Shown here in pieces: positions 9,734 through 18,488 of a stretch of 49,365 bases of DNA (positions are counted from its first letter, which is position 1; every line of letters begins with the position of its first letter). A model generated the notes under the pieces. The model saw only the letters and a program-made list of their open reading frames with translations. It was not told the origin of the DNA and searched no databases. The translations under genes were made by a program, and so were the position numbers. The DNA comes from Xanthobacteraceae bacterium. Lineage in GTDB: Bacteria > Pseudomonadota > Alphaproteobacteria > Rhizobiales > Xanthobacteraceae. The stretch lies in assembly GCA_036270895.1 (NCBI GenBank), contig DATBBS010000609.1, forward strand, positions 1-49,365, written 5' to 3'.

Positions 9734-10246
9734 TCACCGGGGGCTCGCGCCGCCTGCCACCGGATGCCCGATGCCGAGCGGCGCGGCGTCGATCAACACG
9801 AAGGCGAGCCGCGCGCGTTCGGGCCCGCGATTGACCCAGGCGTGATGGGTGCCGCGCTGGACCATGACGTCGCCGGCCTTGAGGCGAACCGTGGACTTGT
9901 CCATGTCCATGTCGATCTCGCCCGAGATCACGATCACGTAGTCGACCGTCTCGGTGCGGTGCATGCGGCCGCTGTTGCCGGGCGGAAAGTCGATCACCGC
10001 AAAGCGCGTGCCGTTCGCGGGCGGCGCGGTGCCGAGCATGCGGGCGCCGAGATCCTCGATCGTCTCGCCGATCGAAATGTCGGCCGGCGTCGAATCGGTC
10101 GACCAGATCAGGGTCGACACCGTGCCGGGCGAGCCGGATTTCCAGTTGGCGGCCGGGCCGTCGGTGATCACCTTGGCGACCTGATGCGCGTCGTGCCCGG
10201 TGACGATGCGGCGGATCGGCGGATAGTCGGGCTTGTCGGAACACAT
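9734..10246 (-). CDS. cupin-domain protein
   Basis: Based on ORF 9734..10297, with a probable start at ATG 10246. The beta-barrel block FPPGNSGRMHRTETVDYVIVISGEIDMDMD..VRLKAGDVMVQRGTHHAW is typical of cupins. The specific function is unknown. Confidence 0.65.
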   Translation of the reverse strand: MCSDKPDYPPIRRIVTGHDAHQVAKVITDGPAANWKSGSPGTVSTLIWSTDSTPADISIGETIEDLGARMLGTAPPANGTRFAVIDFPPGNSGRMHRTETVDYVIVISGEIDMDMDKSTVRLKAGDVMVQRGTHHAWVNRGPERARLAFVLIDAAPLGIGHPVAGGASPR

Positions 10247-10449
10247 TGGGGGCACCCATTGTCGGTCGTGCGGCACGCGCCGAAACCTTGATAACACGAA
10301 CAGCCGCCATCAGACGCGAGTCATCCGCGGCTGCGTAGCGCCCGGATCTTCGCCGGCCGCGTGGGTCATCGCAGACGAGGCTCTTCCCGTCCGTGGCGGG
10401 TTGACGCTATACCGGGCCGGAACGCATCGCTCATCGAAAGGCCCTTGTT

Positions 10450-11892
10450 ATGAGCTCACAAGACCCGGGACTGCCGCTCAAGTCCGCGCACACGTCCGAC
10501 GTCACAATCCCGGGGGTGGGATCACTCGGCTTCCTCCTGTGCGTGCTGGTGCCGCTCGCCCTGTGGTTCGCACCGCTCGGCCTGGCGCCGCAGACCCAGC
10601 ACGGCCTGGCGATCGTGTGCTTCATGGTGGTGGCGTGGATGACGCAGGCCATGGAGTTCGCGCTCGCCGGCTTCGTCGGCTGCTTCCTGTTCTGGGCGCT
10701 CGGGGTCGTGCGTTTCCCCGTGGCATTCAGCGGCTTTGCGAACGACACGCCCTGGTTCCTGTTTGCCGCCTTGCTGCTCGGGCGCGTCGCCAGCAAGTCG
10801 GGCCTCGCCCGCCGGCTCGCCTATTCGGTGATGCTGCGGGTGGGCTCGACCTATTCCAGGATCCTGCTCGGCCTCATCATGACCGACTTCATCCTGACCT
10901 TCATCGTGCCGTCCGGGCTCGCGCGGGTCGCGATCCTCGCCACCATCTCGCTCGCCTTGATCGAGGCGTTTCAGGCGCAGAAGGGCAGCAACATCGCCCG
11001 CGGCATGTTCCTGATCATGACCTACACCGGCAACCTGTTCGACAAGATGATCCTGGCCGGCGCCGGCTCGATCACGGCGGCTGGCGCGATGGCGAAATTC
11101 GGCAATGTCGAGGTGTTGTGGGGCCAGTGGCTGCTCGCTTTCCTGCCCGCCAGCATCATCACGGTGCTGATCGCGTGGCGCCTGACCCTGTGGCTCTATC
11201 CGCCCGAGCAGGCGGCGCTGACCGGCGGCACGGATTTTTTCCGCGACGAGCTCGTCAAGATGGGTCCGTGGTCGTGGCTGGAGAAGAAGGCCGCGCTGCT
11301 CGTCGGCGTCGCCATCCTGCTGTGGGTCACCGACTTCCTGCATCATCTGCCGCCCGCGATGATCGCGCTCGGCGTCGGCCTGTTCGCGCTGCTGCCGCCC
11401 GTCGGCATTCTCGACGAAGACGACATGCGCAACGTGAACTACATGCCGGTCTTCTTCGTCGCCGCCGCCATCAGCATGGGGAACGTGCTCGAAGCCACCA
11501 AGGGCCTCGACGTGCTCACCACGGTGTTCCTTACCAGGGCCGAGCCCTTCCTCGGCAATATCTTCAGCACGACCTTCGTCATGTATTGGACGGGGTTCAT
11601 CTATCACTTCTTTCTCGCCAGCGAGATCTCGATGCTGGGCACGTCGATGCCCCTGGTGATGCAGTTCGCCAAGTCGCACGACATGAACGCGCTGATGCTC
11701 GGCCTGTTGTGGACCTTCTCGGCCGGCGGCAAGCTGTTCGCCTACCAGTCGGGCGTGCTGGTGCTGGGCTATTCCTACGGCTACTTCGAGGCCCGCGACC
11801 TCGTGCGCATCGGCGCGCTGCTCACCCTGGCGGAGTTCTTCATCCTGCTGCTGCTGGTGCCGTTCTACTGGCCGTTGATCGGGATTTATTGA
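10450..11892 (+). CDS. DASS/SLC13-type (ArsB/NhaD superfamily) anion permease
   Basis: 480 aa, with 12 or more hydrophobic segments. The internal repeat architecture and motifs resemble citrate/sulfate-type symporters. Its last 60 codons recur as a ghost copy at 14579-14755. Confidence 0.7.
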   Translation: MSSQDPGLPLKSAHTSDVTIPGVGSLGFLLCVLVPLALWFAPLGLAPQTQHGLAIVCFMVVAWMTQAMEFALAGFVGCFLFWALGVVRFPVAFSGFANDTPWFLFAALLLGRVASKSGLARRLAYSVMLRVGSTYSRILLGLIMTDFILTFIVPSGLARVAILATISLALIEAFQAQKGSNIARGMFLIMTYTGNLFDKMILAGAGSITAAGAMAKFGNVEVLWGQWLLAFLPASIITVLIAWRLTLWLYPPEQAALTGGTDFFRDELVKMGPWSWLEKKAALLVGVAILLWVTDFLHHLPPAMIALGVGLFALLPPVGILDEDDMRNVNYMPVFFVAAAISMGNVLEATKGLDVLTTVFLTRAEPFLGNIFSTTFVMYWTGFIYHFFLASEISMLGTSMPLVMQFAKSHDMNALMLGLLWTFSAGGKLFAYQSGVLVLGYSYGYFEARDLVRIGALLTLAEFFILLLLVPFYWPLIGIY

Positions 11893-11904
11893 GACGGGCC
11901 GGCT

Positions 11905-11979
11905 GTCATTGCGAGCGCAGCGAAGCAATCTCGCTGCCTCGGCAAGCGTAGCCCGGATGAAGCGAAGCGAAATCCGGGG
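11905..11979. repeat. REP-like elements, family A arm (11905-11930) plus family B unit (11943-11979)
   Basis: gtcattgcgagcgcagcgaagcaatc matches the arms at 304-387. caagcgtagcccggatgaagcgaagcgaaatccgggg matches 13477-13512. Confidence 0.8.
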
Positions 11980-12083
11980 CTGTTGGGTCGCGCAGGAACT
12001 CATCACCAACCCGGGACGATGGCATCCCCGCAATTTACAACCTGTATGGGTTTGCTGCTAAGCTATGGGGCGGGGGGAACGCC

Positions 12084-12830
12084 ATGGCAATAACACGCGA
12101 CGGCGCGTCGGCCGCTCCCGAGCCGCCGGCCGCAATGGTCGATCGGCCCGAATCGGTTGGTCGCTTGATACTTATTGCTATCGGTTGGTGGTTGCTGACT
12201 GAACTCGCCAGCGGGTTCCCAGTCGGCTTCGCGGTAGGCGTATTGAAACGCTTTCAGAACATTTCTCTGTTCGACCCGATCCCCGCTACCGTCATGGTGT
12301 TCTTGGCAGGTTGCACCCTGCTGATCGCGGTGCGCAAACGAAGCGTGGTGGTTGGACACGGCGATCGTCGCGCTGGTGTAGATGACAGGCCGATAACACG
12401 ATGGTGGCTTCTGGTCGTGCTTGCGGTTCTGGCGGCAGCGTGGGCTTTCGTTGCATCGGCCTTCTGGAATGGCGTGTTCCCTCAGTGGGTCTCAAACTGG
12501 CGCGGCGCAAGCCCGTGGACGCTGATAGCGTTCACGGTAGGGACAGTCATCTTAGCCCCATTTGCGGAAGAGCTCTTTTACAGAGGGTGGCTCTGGACAG
12601 GGGTCCGACAACATTGGCGCGCATTTCCGACCGCACTGTTGTCATGTGGCCTTTGGCTCCTCTCGCACATAGACCGCGGGCTCCTGGTGCCGATAATGCT
12701 TATTCCGACCGCAGTTATCCTGGGTTTCGCACGGCATTTTTGCGGAATCAGGGCGGCAATTATTTTGCATGGTATCTACAATCTTGTCGTCGTCCTCGTA
12801 TTGGGACTCCTGCTCACGCGAACGTCTTAG
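12084..12830 (+). CDS. CPBP-family intramembrane glutamic endopeptidase (CAAX protease/Abi family)
   Basis: 248 aa membrane protein carrying the diagnostic EELFYRG motif (APFAEELFYRGWLW), then LLSH and ILHGIYN histidine motifs. Its codons are visibly more AT-rich at third positions than those of neighbouring genes. Confidence 0.8.
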   Translation: MAITRDGASAAPEPPAAMVDRPESVGRLILIAIGWWLLTELASGFPVGFAVGVLKRFQNISLFDPIPATVMVFLAGCTLLIAVRKRSVVVGHGDRRAGVDDRPITRWWLLVVLAVLAAAWAFVASAFWNGVFPQWVSNWRGASPWTLIAFTVGTVILAPFAEELFYRGWLWTGVRQHWRAFPTALLSCGLWLLSHIDRGLLVPIMLIPTAVILGFARHFCGIRAAIILHGIYNLVVVLVLGLLLTRTS

Positions 12831-12981
12831 CAAACGTAGCCTGGATGGAGAGAACGCGACTTCGCCGGAGCCTTCCGCTTCCAATCGTTGGTCGCGGCCC
12901 TGCAATTCGGTTCAAGACGCGGCGGGGCCGCTCGCTGCCATTATGCTGGGCGACGATGCCGTCCCGAAGGACGATTGCTCC

Positions 12982-13485
12982 ATGACCAACATCCGCTCCT
13001 GCCGTGACAACGATCGCGAGGCCATCCTCGCGATCGTCAATGCCGCCGCCGAGGCCTACCGGGGTGTGATCCCGGCCGATCGGTGGCATGAGCCCTACAT
13101 GTCGCCGCACGAGCTCGACCGCGAGATCGCCGCGGGTGTCGTGTTCTCGGGCTATGAGGCGGGCGGCAGGCTCGCGGGCGTGATGGGCTTCCAGCCGGTG
13201 CGCGACGTCGATCTCATTCGTCACGCCTACATCCTGCCGAGCCACCAGAGGTGCGGCATTGGCGGCGCTCTGCTGGCGCATCTGCGGCAATCGAGCACGC
13301 GGCTTATCCTGGTCGGCACATGGGAAGCCGCGGATTGGGCGATCAGCTTCTACCGGCGGCACGGCTTCGAGCTGGTTGCGCCTGCGCGCAAGACCGTGCT
13401 CCTCAAGACTTACTGGAACATTCCTGATCGTCAGATCGAGGTTTCGGTGGTGCTGGAAAGCCCTCCCGCCGATGAGCAAGCGTAG
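12982..13485 (+). CDS. GNAT-family N-acetyltransferase
   Basis: Based on ORF 12769..13485, with the start at ATG 12982 (AAGGA upstream) and an alternative ATG at 12943. The acetyl-CoA motif region HQRCGIGGALLAHL and the FYRRHGF block are present. The final codons and the stop lie inside a REP unit. Confidence 0.75.
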   Translation: MTNIRSCRDNDREAILAIVNAAAEAYRGVIPADRWHEPYMSPHELDREIAAGVVFSGYEAGGRLAGVMGFQPVRDVDLIRHAYILPSHQRCGIGGALLAHLRQSSTRLILVGTWEAADWAISFYRRHGFELVAPARKTVLLKTYWNIPDRQIEVSVVLESPPADEQA

Positions 13486-13650
13486 CCCCGATGGAGCGCA
13501 GCGCAATCCGGGTTTCTCGCACGCAATAGACTACAGCCCCGGATTTCGCTTCCGCCTTCGCGCTCCGCGCTTCGGCGGACTCGCTCGCGCGGAACCCGCC
13601 GTAGCTCGCGAAGCGAGCGAAGGCGCGGTCGCTCCATCCGGGCTACGGTT
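13477..13650. repeat. composite REP cluster (family B units in both orientations plus an internal palindrome)
   Basis: caagcgtagccccgatggagcgcagcgcaatccggg (13477-13512) pairs with gtcgctccatccgggctac (13628-13646). An inverted unit gccccggatttcgcttc lies at about 13536-13552. An internal palindrome cgccttcgc..gcgaaggcg is also present. The cluster fills the gap between the convergent GNAT and hydrolase genes. Confidence 0.75.
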
Positions 13651-13653
13651 CTG

Positions 13654-14490
13654 CTACGGCGCCAGCCGTCGGGCGAAAAACGCCAGGATCTCGTCGCGGG
13701 CCGCGATGGTCGGCTGGCCGGCTTCGTCGATCAGGTGGGCGGTCACGACGCTGTGCGGGCACCTCACGTGCCGGGCGAAGAACGGCGCCACATCGGTGTT
13801 CGCCGCGCTGTCGGCAAGCACGCGCCCCACGAACCGGTCGCCCAGCGCCGCCGCGTAGGCGGAGAAGCGCTGCGCCCGGCAGAATTTGTCGCCCGCGAAG
13901 CGATAGGCCATCACCGTGAGGTCGTCGCGCTCGAGCCGGTCGCGGACCGCCTTGATGTCCTCGGGAGCGATCTCGATGCCGGCGGGGTCGTTGAGCGGCA
14001 GTGCGGGCTGGGAGAGGACCGGCGCCAGCATCGCGGGCTCCAGCATCATCGTGAGCGCGAAGTTTCCGGTGAAGCACATGCCGATGGCGCCCACGCCGGG
14101 GCCGCCGCACTCCTGGTGCGCGAGCCGTGCCAGCGCCCGCAGCCATTGCGTCACGGGGCTCGTCTGGTTGGCGGCGAGCGCGCGGAACTCGGCGCTGACG
14201 CACGCGCGCTGAAAAACAGCCATGCCTTCCTCGGCGCCCGGCACGGCGCCGTCGCGGCCGAACAGCGAGGGCATGTAGACCGAGAAGCCGGCGTCGCGGA
14301 CCCAGCGGGCAAAGCGCGCAACCTCCGGGCTGATGCCCGGCATCTCGGCCATGACGATCACCGCGGGTCCCGCGCCGCCGACGTAAACCCGCTTGGCCAC
14401 GCCATCGAGCGTGATGTCGCGCGCTGCGAAATCGTCGAGCGGATCGTCTTCCTTCACGCTGCGTTCCGGCATGGCGGTTGTCCGTTTCAT
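13654..14490 (-). CDS. dienelactone hydrolase-family protein
   Basis: Based on ORF 13654..14601, with the start at ATG 14490 (GGGAGA upstream). The nucleophile region GAIGMCFTGNFAL and the overall alpha/beta layout match DLH-family proteins. Confidence 0.7.
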   Translation of the reverse strand: MKRTTAMPERSVKEDDPLDDFAARDITLDGVAKRVYVGGAGPAVIVMAEMPGISPEVARFARWVRDAGFSVYMPSLFGRDGAVPGAEEGMAVFQRACVSAEFRALAANQTSPVTQWLRALARLAHQECGGPGVGAIGMCFTGNFALTMMLEPAMLAPVLSQPALPLNDPAGIEIAPEDIKAVRDRLERDDLTVMAYRFAGDKFCRAQRFSAYAAALGDRFVGRVLADSAANTDVAPFFARHVRCPHSVVTAHLIDEAGQPTIAARDEILAFFARRLAP

Positions 14491-14578
14491 CGTGGTCTCC
14501 CGCACCACACACACTCTCTCTTCCATTGGCGAACGCGGTCGGCATCGGGAGAAGCAGGTCCGCGAGGGTTTTCCTCCG

Positions 14579-14755
14579 TGGGCCTTTTCGGCCGGCGGCA
14601 AGCCGGTCGCCTGCCAATCGGACGCGCCGGTGCTGGGCTATTCCTACGGTTTCGAAGCCCGCGACCTCGTCCGCATCGGGGCATTGGTCCCGCCGGCGGA
14701 TTTTTTCATCCGGCTGCTGCTCGTTCCGTTCTACTGGCCCTTGATCGGGATCTAC
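14579..14755 (+). pseudogene. ghost copy of the 3' end (last 60 codons) of the DASS permease gene at 10450..11892
   Basis: The ghost reads WAFSAGGKPVACQSDAPVLGYSYGFEARDLVRIGALVPPADFFIRLLLVPFYWPLIGIY. The live copy reads WTFSAGGKLFAYQSGVLVLGYSYGYFEARDLVRIGALLTLAEFFILLLLVPFYWPLIGIY. By manual alignment 47 of 60 positions are identical, with one single-codon gap and no frameshift. The stop is lost (TAT TGA has become TAC CGA). Nothing transporter-like precedes the ghost. Confidence 0.85.
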
Positions 14756-14834
14756 CGAGGGAGGACGGCCGCCATGAGCCTATGCGGCTGTCCTTGAAGC
14801 GGAGGCCGCCAAGCCGGCCTCGCCCTGCCGACTG

Positions 14835-16439
14835 TCACTCCTTGCCGACCAGGGTCATGTCCAGGAACCACGACTGCGCGGACACGAAGCCGCGCACGCT
14901 CTTGCTCATCGCGCGCGGATTGAGATCGTGCACGATGAAAAGCCAGGGCGGGTTGTCGACCAGCCGTTCATGCGCGGCGCGATACGCGGTCTCGATCTTG
15001 GCTGCGTCGGTCGCCTCCGCCAGCGTGGCGAGCGCCTGGTCGAAGACGTCGTCCTTCCATTGCTCGAAATTGAATCCGTTGGGCGAAAAATTGGCCGACG
15101 AGAAGTAGCGCGCCATGATGCCGACGTCGGATGACGGGGAGGAAACGTTGAGCGCCATCGCGCCATGGAGCGCCGGATTGTCCGGCGGCTGCCGCACCGC
15201 AGTCAGCAGCACCTGCCATTCGACCACGTCGAACTCGATGTTCACGCCGCAGGCCTGCTTGAGGTTCTGCTGCAGATACTCGTTCATCGGCAGCGGCAGC
15301 ATTTGGCCCGAGCCGGAGGTGGAGATCATCACCTTCAGCGACAGGGGTTTTTGCGGCGTGAATCCAGCCTCCGCCAGAAGCGCCTTGCCCTTGGCGGGGT
15401 CGAAGCCGTAGCGCTGCGCCGGATTGCCGAAGCCGGCGTCGGTCGGCTTGAGCCAACCCACGGATGGCTCGGCCGTGCCGTTGAGCAAGGTCACGATCCC
15501 GGAGCGGTCGATGCAGTAGTTGAGCCCCTGGCGGACGCGCACGTCCTTCACCGGGCTGTTGGTGGCGCCGATGTTGAACATCCACGGCCAGGTGTGGGGA
15601 TAGGAATTGGTCACGAGGGTGAAGCCGGCGGCCTTCAGCGACGGAATGCCGTCGGCTGGCGGCACCTCGATCCAGTCGACCTGGCCCGAGCGCAGCGCCG
15701 CGAGCCGCGCATTCGCTTCCGGAATCGGGAGAAGCCGGATCACATCGACCTTCGCCTTGTGCGCCGCGTCCCAATAACCGTCGAAACGCGCCAGCTCGGC
15801 GGCTTCGCGCGGCACGACCTTGGAGATGCGGAACGGCCCGGTCCCGGCCGCCGGCAGCATCGCGACCTTGCCCCAGTCGCGGCCCGCCTTCTCGAACGAG
15901 GCCGGAGACGTGAACAGAATGTAGACCGCCATGTAGGGAAAATACGAAGCGGGCTGCTTGGTCTCGATCGCGACCGTGTAATCGTCGACCTTGCGATAAC
16001 CGGCCATGACCGGGACGCGCGCGCGCGTCATGCCGGACGCCGGCGGCTCGAATTGCGGGCTGTCACTCTTGAAGTAACGGTCGAGATTCCAGATCACCGC
16101 ATCGGCGTTGAAGTCCGTTCCGTCGTGAAACTTGACGCCGTGGCGCAGGTGGAAGATCCAGGTCTTCTTGTCGTCTGCCGACTGCTCGTAGCGCTCGGCA
16201 AGGCCCGGCCGCAAACCGGCGAGACGGTCGGCCCGCGACAAGTCCCACAGCACCAGACCCTCGAAGGCCGGATAGCCGAGGAAGCGCAAGCCCTCGAACC
16301 CATTGTTGGGCATGCCGGTGGTGGTCGGAATATCCGAGGCCGTCATGGCGATGCGGAGCGTCGTCTCGCCTCGAGCCGCAGACAGCGATGCGAGCGCACC
16401 AAGCACGGCGAAGGCGTAAGCGGCAGCACGGATCCTCAT
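14835..16439 (-). CDS. ABC transporter substrate-binding protein, family 5 (peptide/nickel, DppA/OppA-like)
   Basis: 534 aa with signal peptide MRIRAAAYAFAVLGALASLSAARG. It is a paralogue of 16781..18370, sharing blocks such as KFHDG..FNADAVIWNL and GTGPF. Confidence 0.85.
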   Translation of the reverse strand: MRIRAAAYAFAVLGALASLSAARGETTLRIAMTASDIPTTTGMPNNGFEGLRFLGYPAFEGLVLWDLSRADRLAGLRPGLAERYEQSADDKKTWIFHLRHGVKFHDGTDFNADAVIWNLDRYFKSDSPQFEPPASGMTRARVPVMAGYRKVDDYTVAIETKQPASYFPYMAVYILFTSPASFEKAGRDWGKVAMLPAAGTGPFRISKVVPREAAELARFDGYWDAAHKAKVDVIRLLPIPEANARLAALRSGQVDWIEVPPADGIPSLKAAGFTLVTNSYPHTWPWMFNIGATNSPVKDVRVRQGLNYCIDRSGIVTLLNGTAEPSVGWLKPTDAGFGNPAQRYGFDPAKGKALLAEAGFTPQKPLSLKVMISTSGSGQMLPLPMNEYLQQNLKQACGVNIEFDVVEWQVLLTAVRQPPDNPALHGAMALNVSSPSSDVGIMARYFSSANFSPNGFNFEQWKDDVFDQALATLAEATDAAKIETAYRAAHERLVDNPPWLFIVHDLNPRAMSKSVRGFVSAQSWFLDMTLVGKE

Positions 16440-16720
16440 GGCTTCCTCCAGCAGCGGCGTCGGGCGGTCATGATCTCGGCAAGAAGCGGGCCAACGAAGG
16501 CACCAGGCGGGGTCCGGCCGTCGAGCGCGCTGGCGGTACCTCTCGCCGACCGCCGACAGGGCGATCGGTACGCAAAGTCATCATCGCCCGACATATTCGC
16601 GGAAAAACGCCGGCTTTGTCCATCGAGCCGTGGGTGGCGATTTTTTAGGCGCTCTGCGCGAAATTGCGCAAACCGCAAGCAAAAGGGGGTTGTCGCCGAG
16701 ACATTGCGCCCACGATCACG

Positions 16721-16736
16721 TGGCACCAAGTTTGCA
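16721..16736 (+). promoter_or_regulatory. sigma-54 (RpoN) -24/-12 promoter
   Basis: The sequence TGGCAC-caagt-TTGCA matches TGGCAC-N5-TTGCW with correct GG/GC spacing. It lies 45 nt upstream of the ATG at 16781, on the same strand. Confidence 0.7.
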
Positions 16737-16780
16737 CCGCTCCTCTGACGCGATCTGCGCGCGCCCCCCAGGAGCTTTCG

Positions 16781-18370
16781 ATGCGTATTTTAGCCTTCGC
16801 CTGTTCGATCGTTTTGGCCTTGTGTGTCGTCCCGGCGGGGGCCGAAACGGTCGTGCGCTACGGCATTTCGCTGGCCGATATCCCGCTCACCACCGGGCAG
16901 CCGGACCGCGGCGCCGGCGCCTATCAGTTCACCGGCTACACGCTCTACGATCCGCTGGTTGCGTGGGAGATGGATGTCGCCGACCGGCCCGGCAAGCTCA
17001 TTCCCGGCCTCGCGACCGAGTGGAAGGTCGACGACGCCGACAAGAAGAAGTGGCTTTTCACGTTGCGGCGCGACGTCAAATTCCATGATGGTAGCGCATT
17101 CAACGCCGACGCGGTGATCTGGAATCTCGACAAGGTTCTCGACGACAAGTCGCCGCAATATGACAAGCGCCAGAGCGCGCAGGTCAAGCCGCGGCTGCCG
17201 TCGGTCGCGAGCTACCGCAAGGTCGACGACTATACGGTCGAGATCACCACCAAGAACATCGACTCGTTCTTTCCCTATCAGATGCTCTGGTTCCTGGTGT
17301 CGAGCCCGGCGCAATACGAGAAACTCGGCAAGGACTGGGACAAGTTCGCGAGCGCGCCGTCGGGCACCGGGCCGTTCAAGCTCGACAAGCTCATCCCGCG
17401 CGAGCGCGTCGAGCTCGTCAAGAACGCCGACTATTGGGACAAGCACCGCATTCCGAAAACGGACCGGCTTGTCCTGATTCCGATGCCTGAAGCGCTGACC
17501 CGCACCAACGCGCTGCTCGCCGGCCAGGTCGATATCATCGAGACGCCGGCGCCCGACGCGCTGGCGCGGCTCAAGCAGGCCGGCATGAAGATCGTCACCA
17601 ATGTGACGCCGCACGTGTGGAACTATCACCTCAGCATGCTGCCGGGATCGCCCTGGACCGACGTGCGGCTGCGCAAGGCGTTGAACCTCGCGATCGATCG
17701 CGACGCCATCCTCCAGCTGCTCAACGGCCTCGCCAAGCCTGCGATCGGCCAGCTCGATCCATCGAGCCCGTGGTTCGGCCATCCCAGCTTCCAGATCAAA
17801 TACGATCCCGCCGAGGCAAAGCGTCTCGTCAAGGAAGCCGGCTATTCGCCCGAGAAGCCGCTCAAGACCACCTTCGTGATCGCCCAGGGCGGAACCGGGC
17901 AGATGCTGTCGTTGCCGATGAATGAGTTCCTGCAGCAGAGCTTCAAGGAGATCGGCATCGATATCGACTTCAAGGTGGTCGAGCTCGAGGCGCTCTATAC
18001 CTATTGGCGCAAAGGCGCCAAGGACGAGTCGATGGCCGGCATCACGTCGAACAACATCGCCTACGTCACCTCCGACCCGCTCTACGCCATCATCCGTTTC
18101 TTCCATTCCGGCCAGGTCGCGCCGGTCGGGGTCAATTGGGGTTGGTATGCGAATCCGAAAGTCGACGCTCTCATCGACGACGCCAAGCAGACCTTCGATA
18201 CGGAGAAGCAGGACGAGCTGCTGGCGAAGGCACACGAAGCGATCGTGGATGACGCGGTCCTGGTCTGGGTGGTGCACGATACCAACCCGCACGCCCTGTC
18301 GCCCAAGGTCAAAAGCTTCGTGCAGGCGCAGCACTGGTTCCAGGACTTGACCACGATCGGGGTCGAGTAG
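16781..18370 (+). CDS. ABC transporter substrate-binding protein, family 5 (peptide/nickel type)
   Basis: Based on ORF 16664..18370, with the start at ATG 16781 (GGAG 7 nt upstream) and signal peptide MRILAFACSIVLALCVVPAGA. It is the first gene of the permease/ATPase operon. Confidence 0.9.
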   Translation: MRILAFACSIVLALCVVPAGAETVVRYGISLADIPLTTGQPDRGAGAYQFTGYTLYDPLVAWEMDVADRPGKLIPGLATEWKVDDADKKKWLFTLRRDVKFHDGSAFNADAVIWNLDKVLDDKSPQYDKRQSAQVKPRLPSVASYRKVDDYTVEITTKNIDSFFPYQMLWFLVSSPAQYEKLGKDWDKFASAPSGTGPFKLDKLIPRERVELVKNADYWDKHRIPKTDRLVLIPMPEALTRTNALLAGQVDIIETPAPDALARLKQAGMKIVTNVTPHVWNYHLSMLPGSPWTDVRLRKALNLAIDRDAILQLLNGLAKPAIGQLDPSSPWFGHPSFQIKYDPAEAKRLVKEAGYSPEKPLKTTFVIAQGGTGQMLSLPMNEFLQQSFKEIGIDIDFKVVELEALYTYWRKGAKDESMAGITSNNIAYVTSDPLYAIIRFFHSGQVAPVGVNWGWYANPKVDALIDDAKQTFDTEKQDELLAKAHEAIVDDAVLVWVVHDTNPHALSPKVKSFVQAQHWFQDLTTIGVE

Positions 18371-18387
18371 GAGCATCGCGTCTTCGC

Positions 18388-18474
18388 CGTAGGTTGGGTC
18401 GAGCGAAGCGATACCCAACAGCGCATTGGTGCGCGCGATTGTTGGGTCTCGCAAGAGCTCGACCCAGCCTACAT
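18388..18474. repeat. REP-like inverted repeat, family C, intercistronic
   Basis: cgtaggttgggtcgagcgaagcgatacccaaca (18388-18420) pairs with tgttgggtctcgcaagagctcgacccagcctacat (18440-18474). It lies between the binding-protein stop and the first permease start. Confidence 0.8.
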
Positions 18475-18488
18475 GCCGGGGCCCGCGG

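Noticed and set aside
16658-16673. TGCGC-N6-GCGCA as the enhancer (UAS) for the sigma-54 promoter
   Set aside because: It has only 5-bp arms built on the self-complementary GCGC, which is easily found by chance in this composition. I mention it within the sigma-54 finding but do not call it as a feature.
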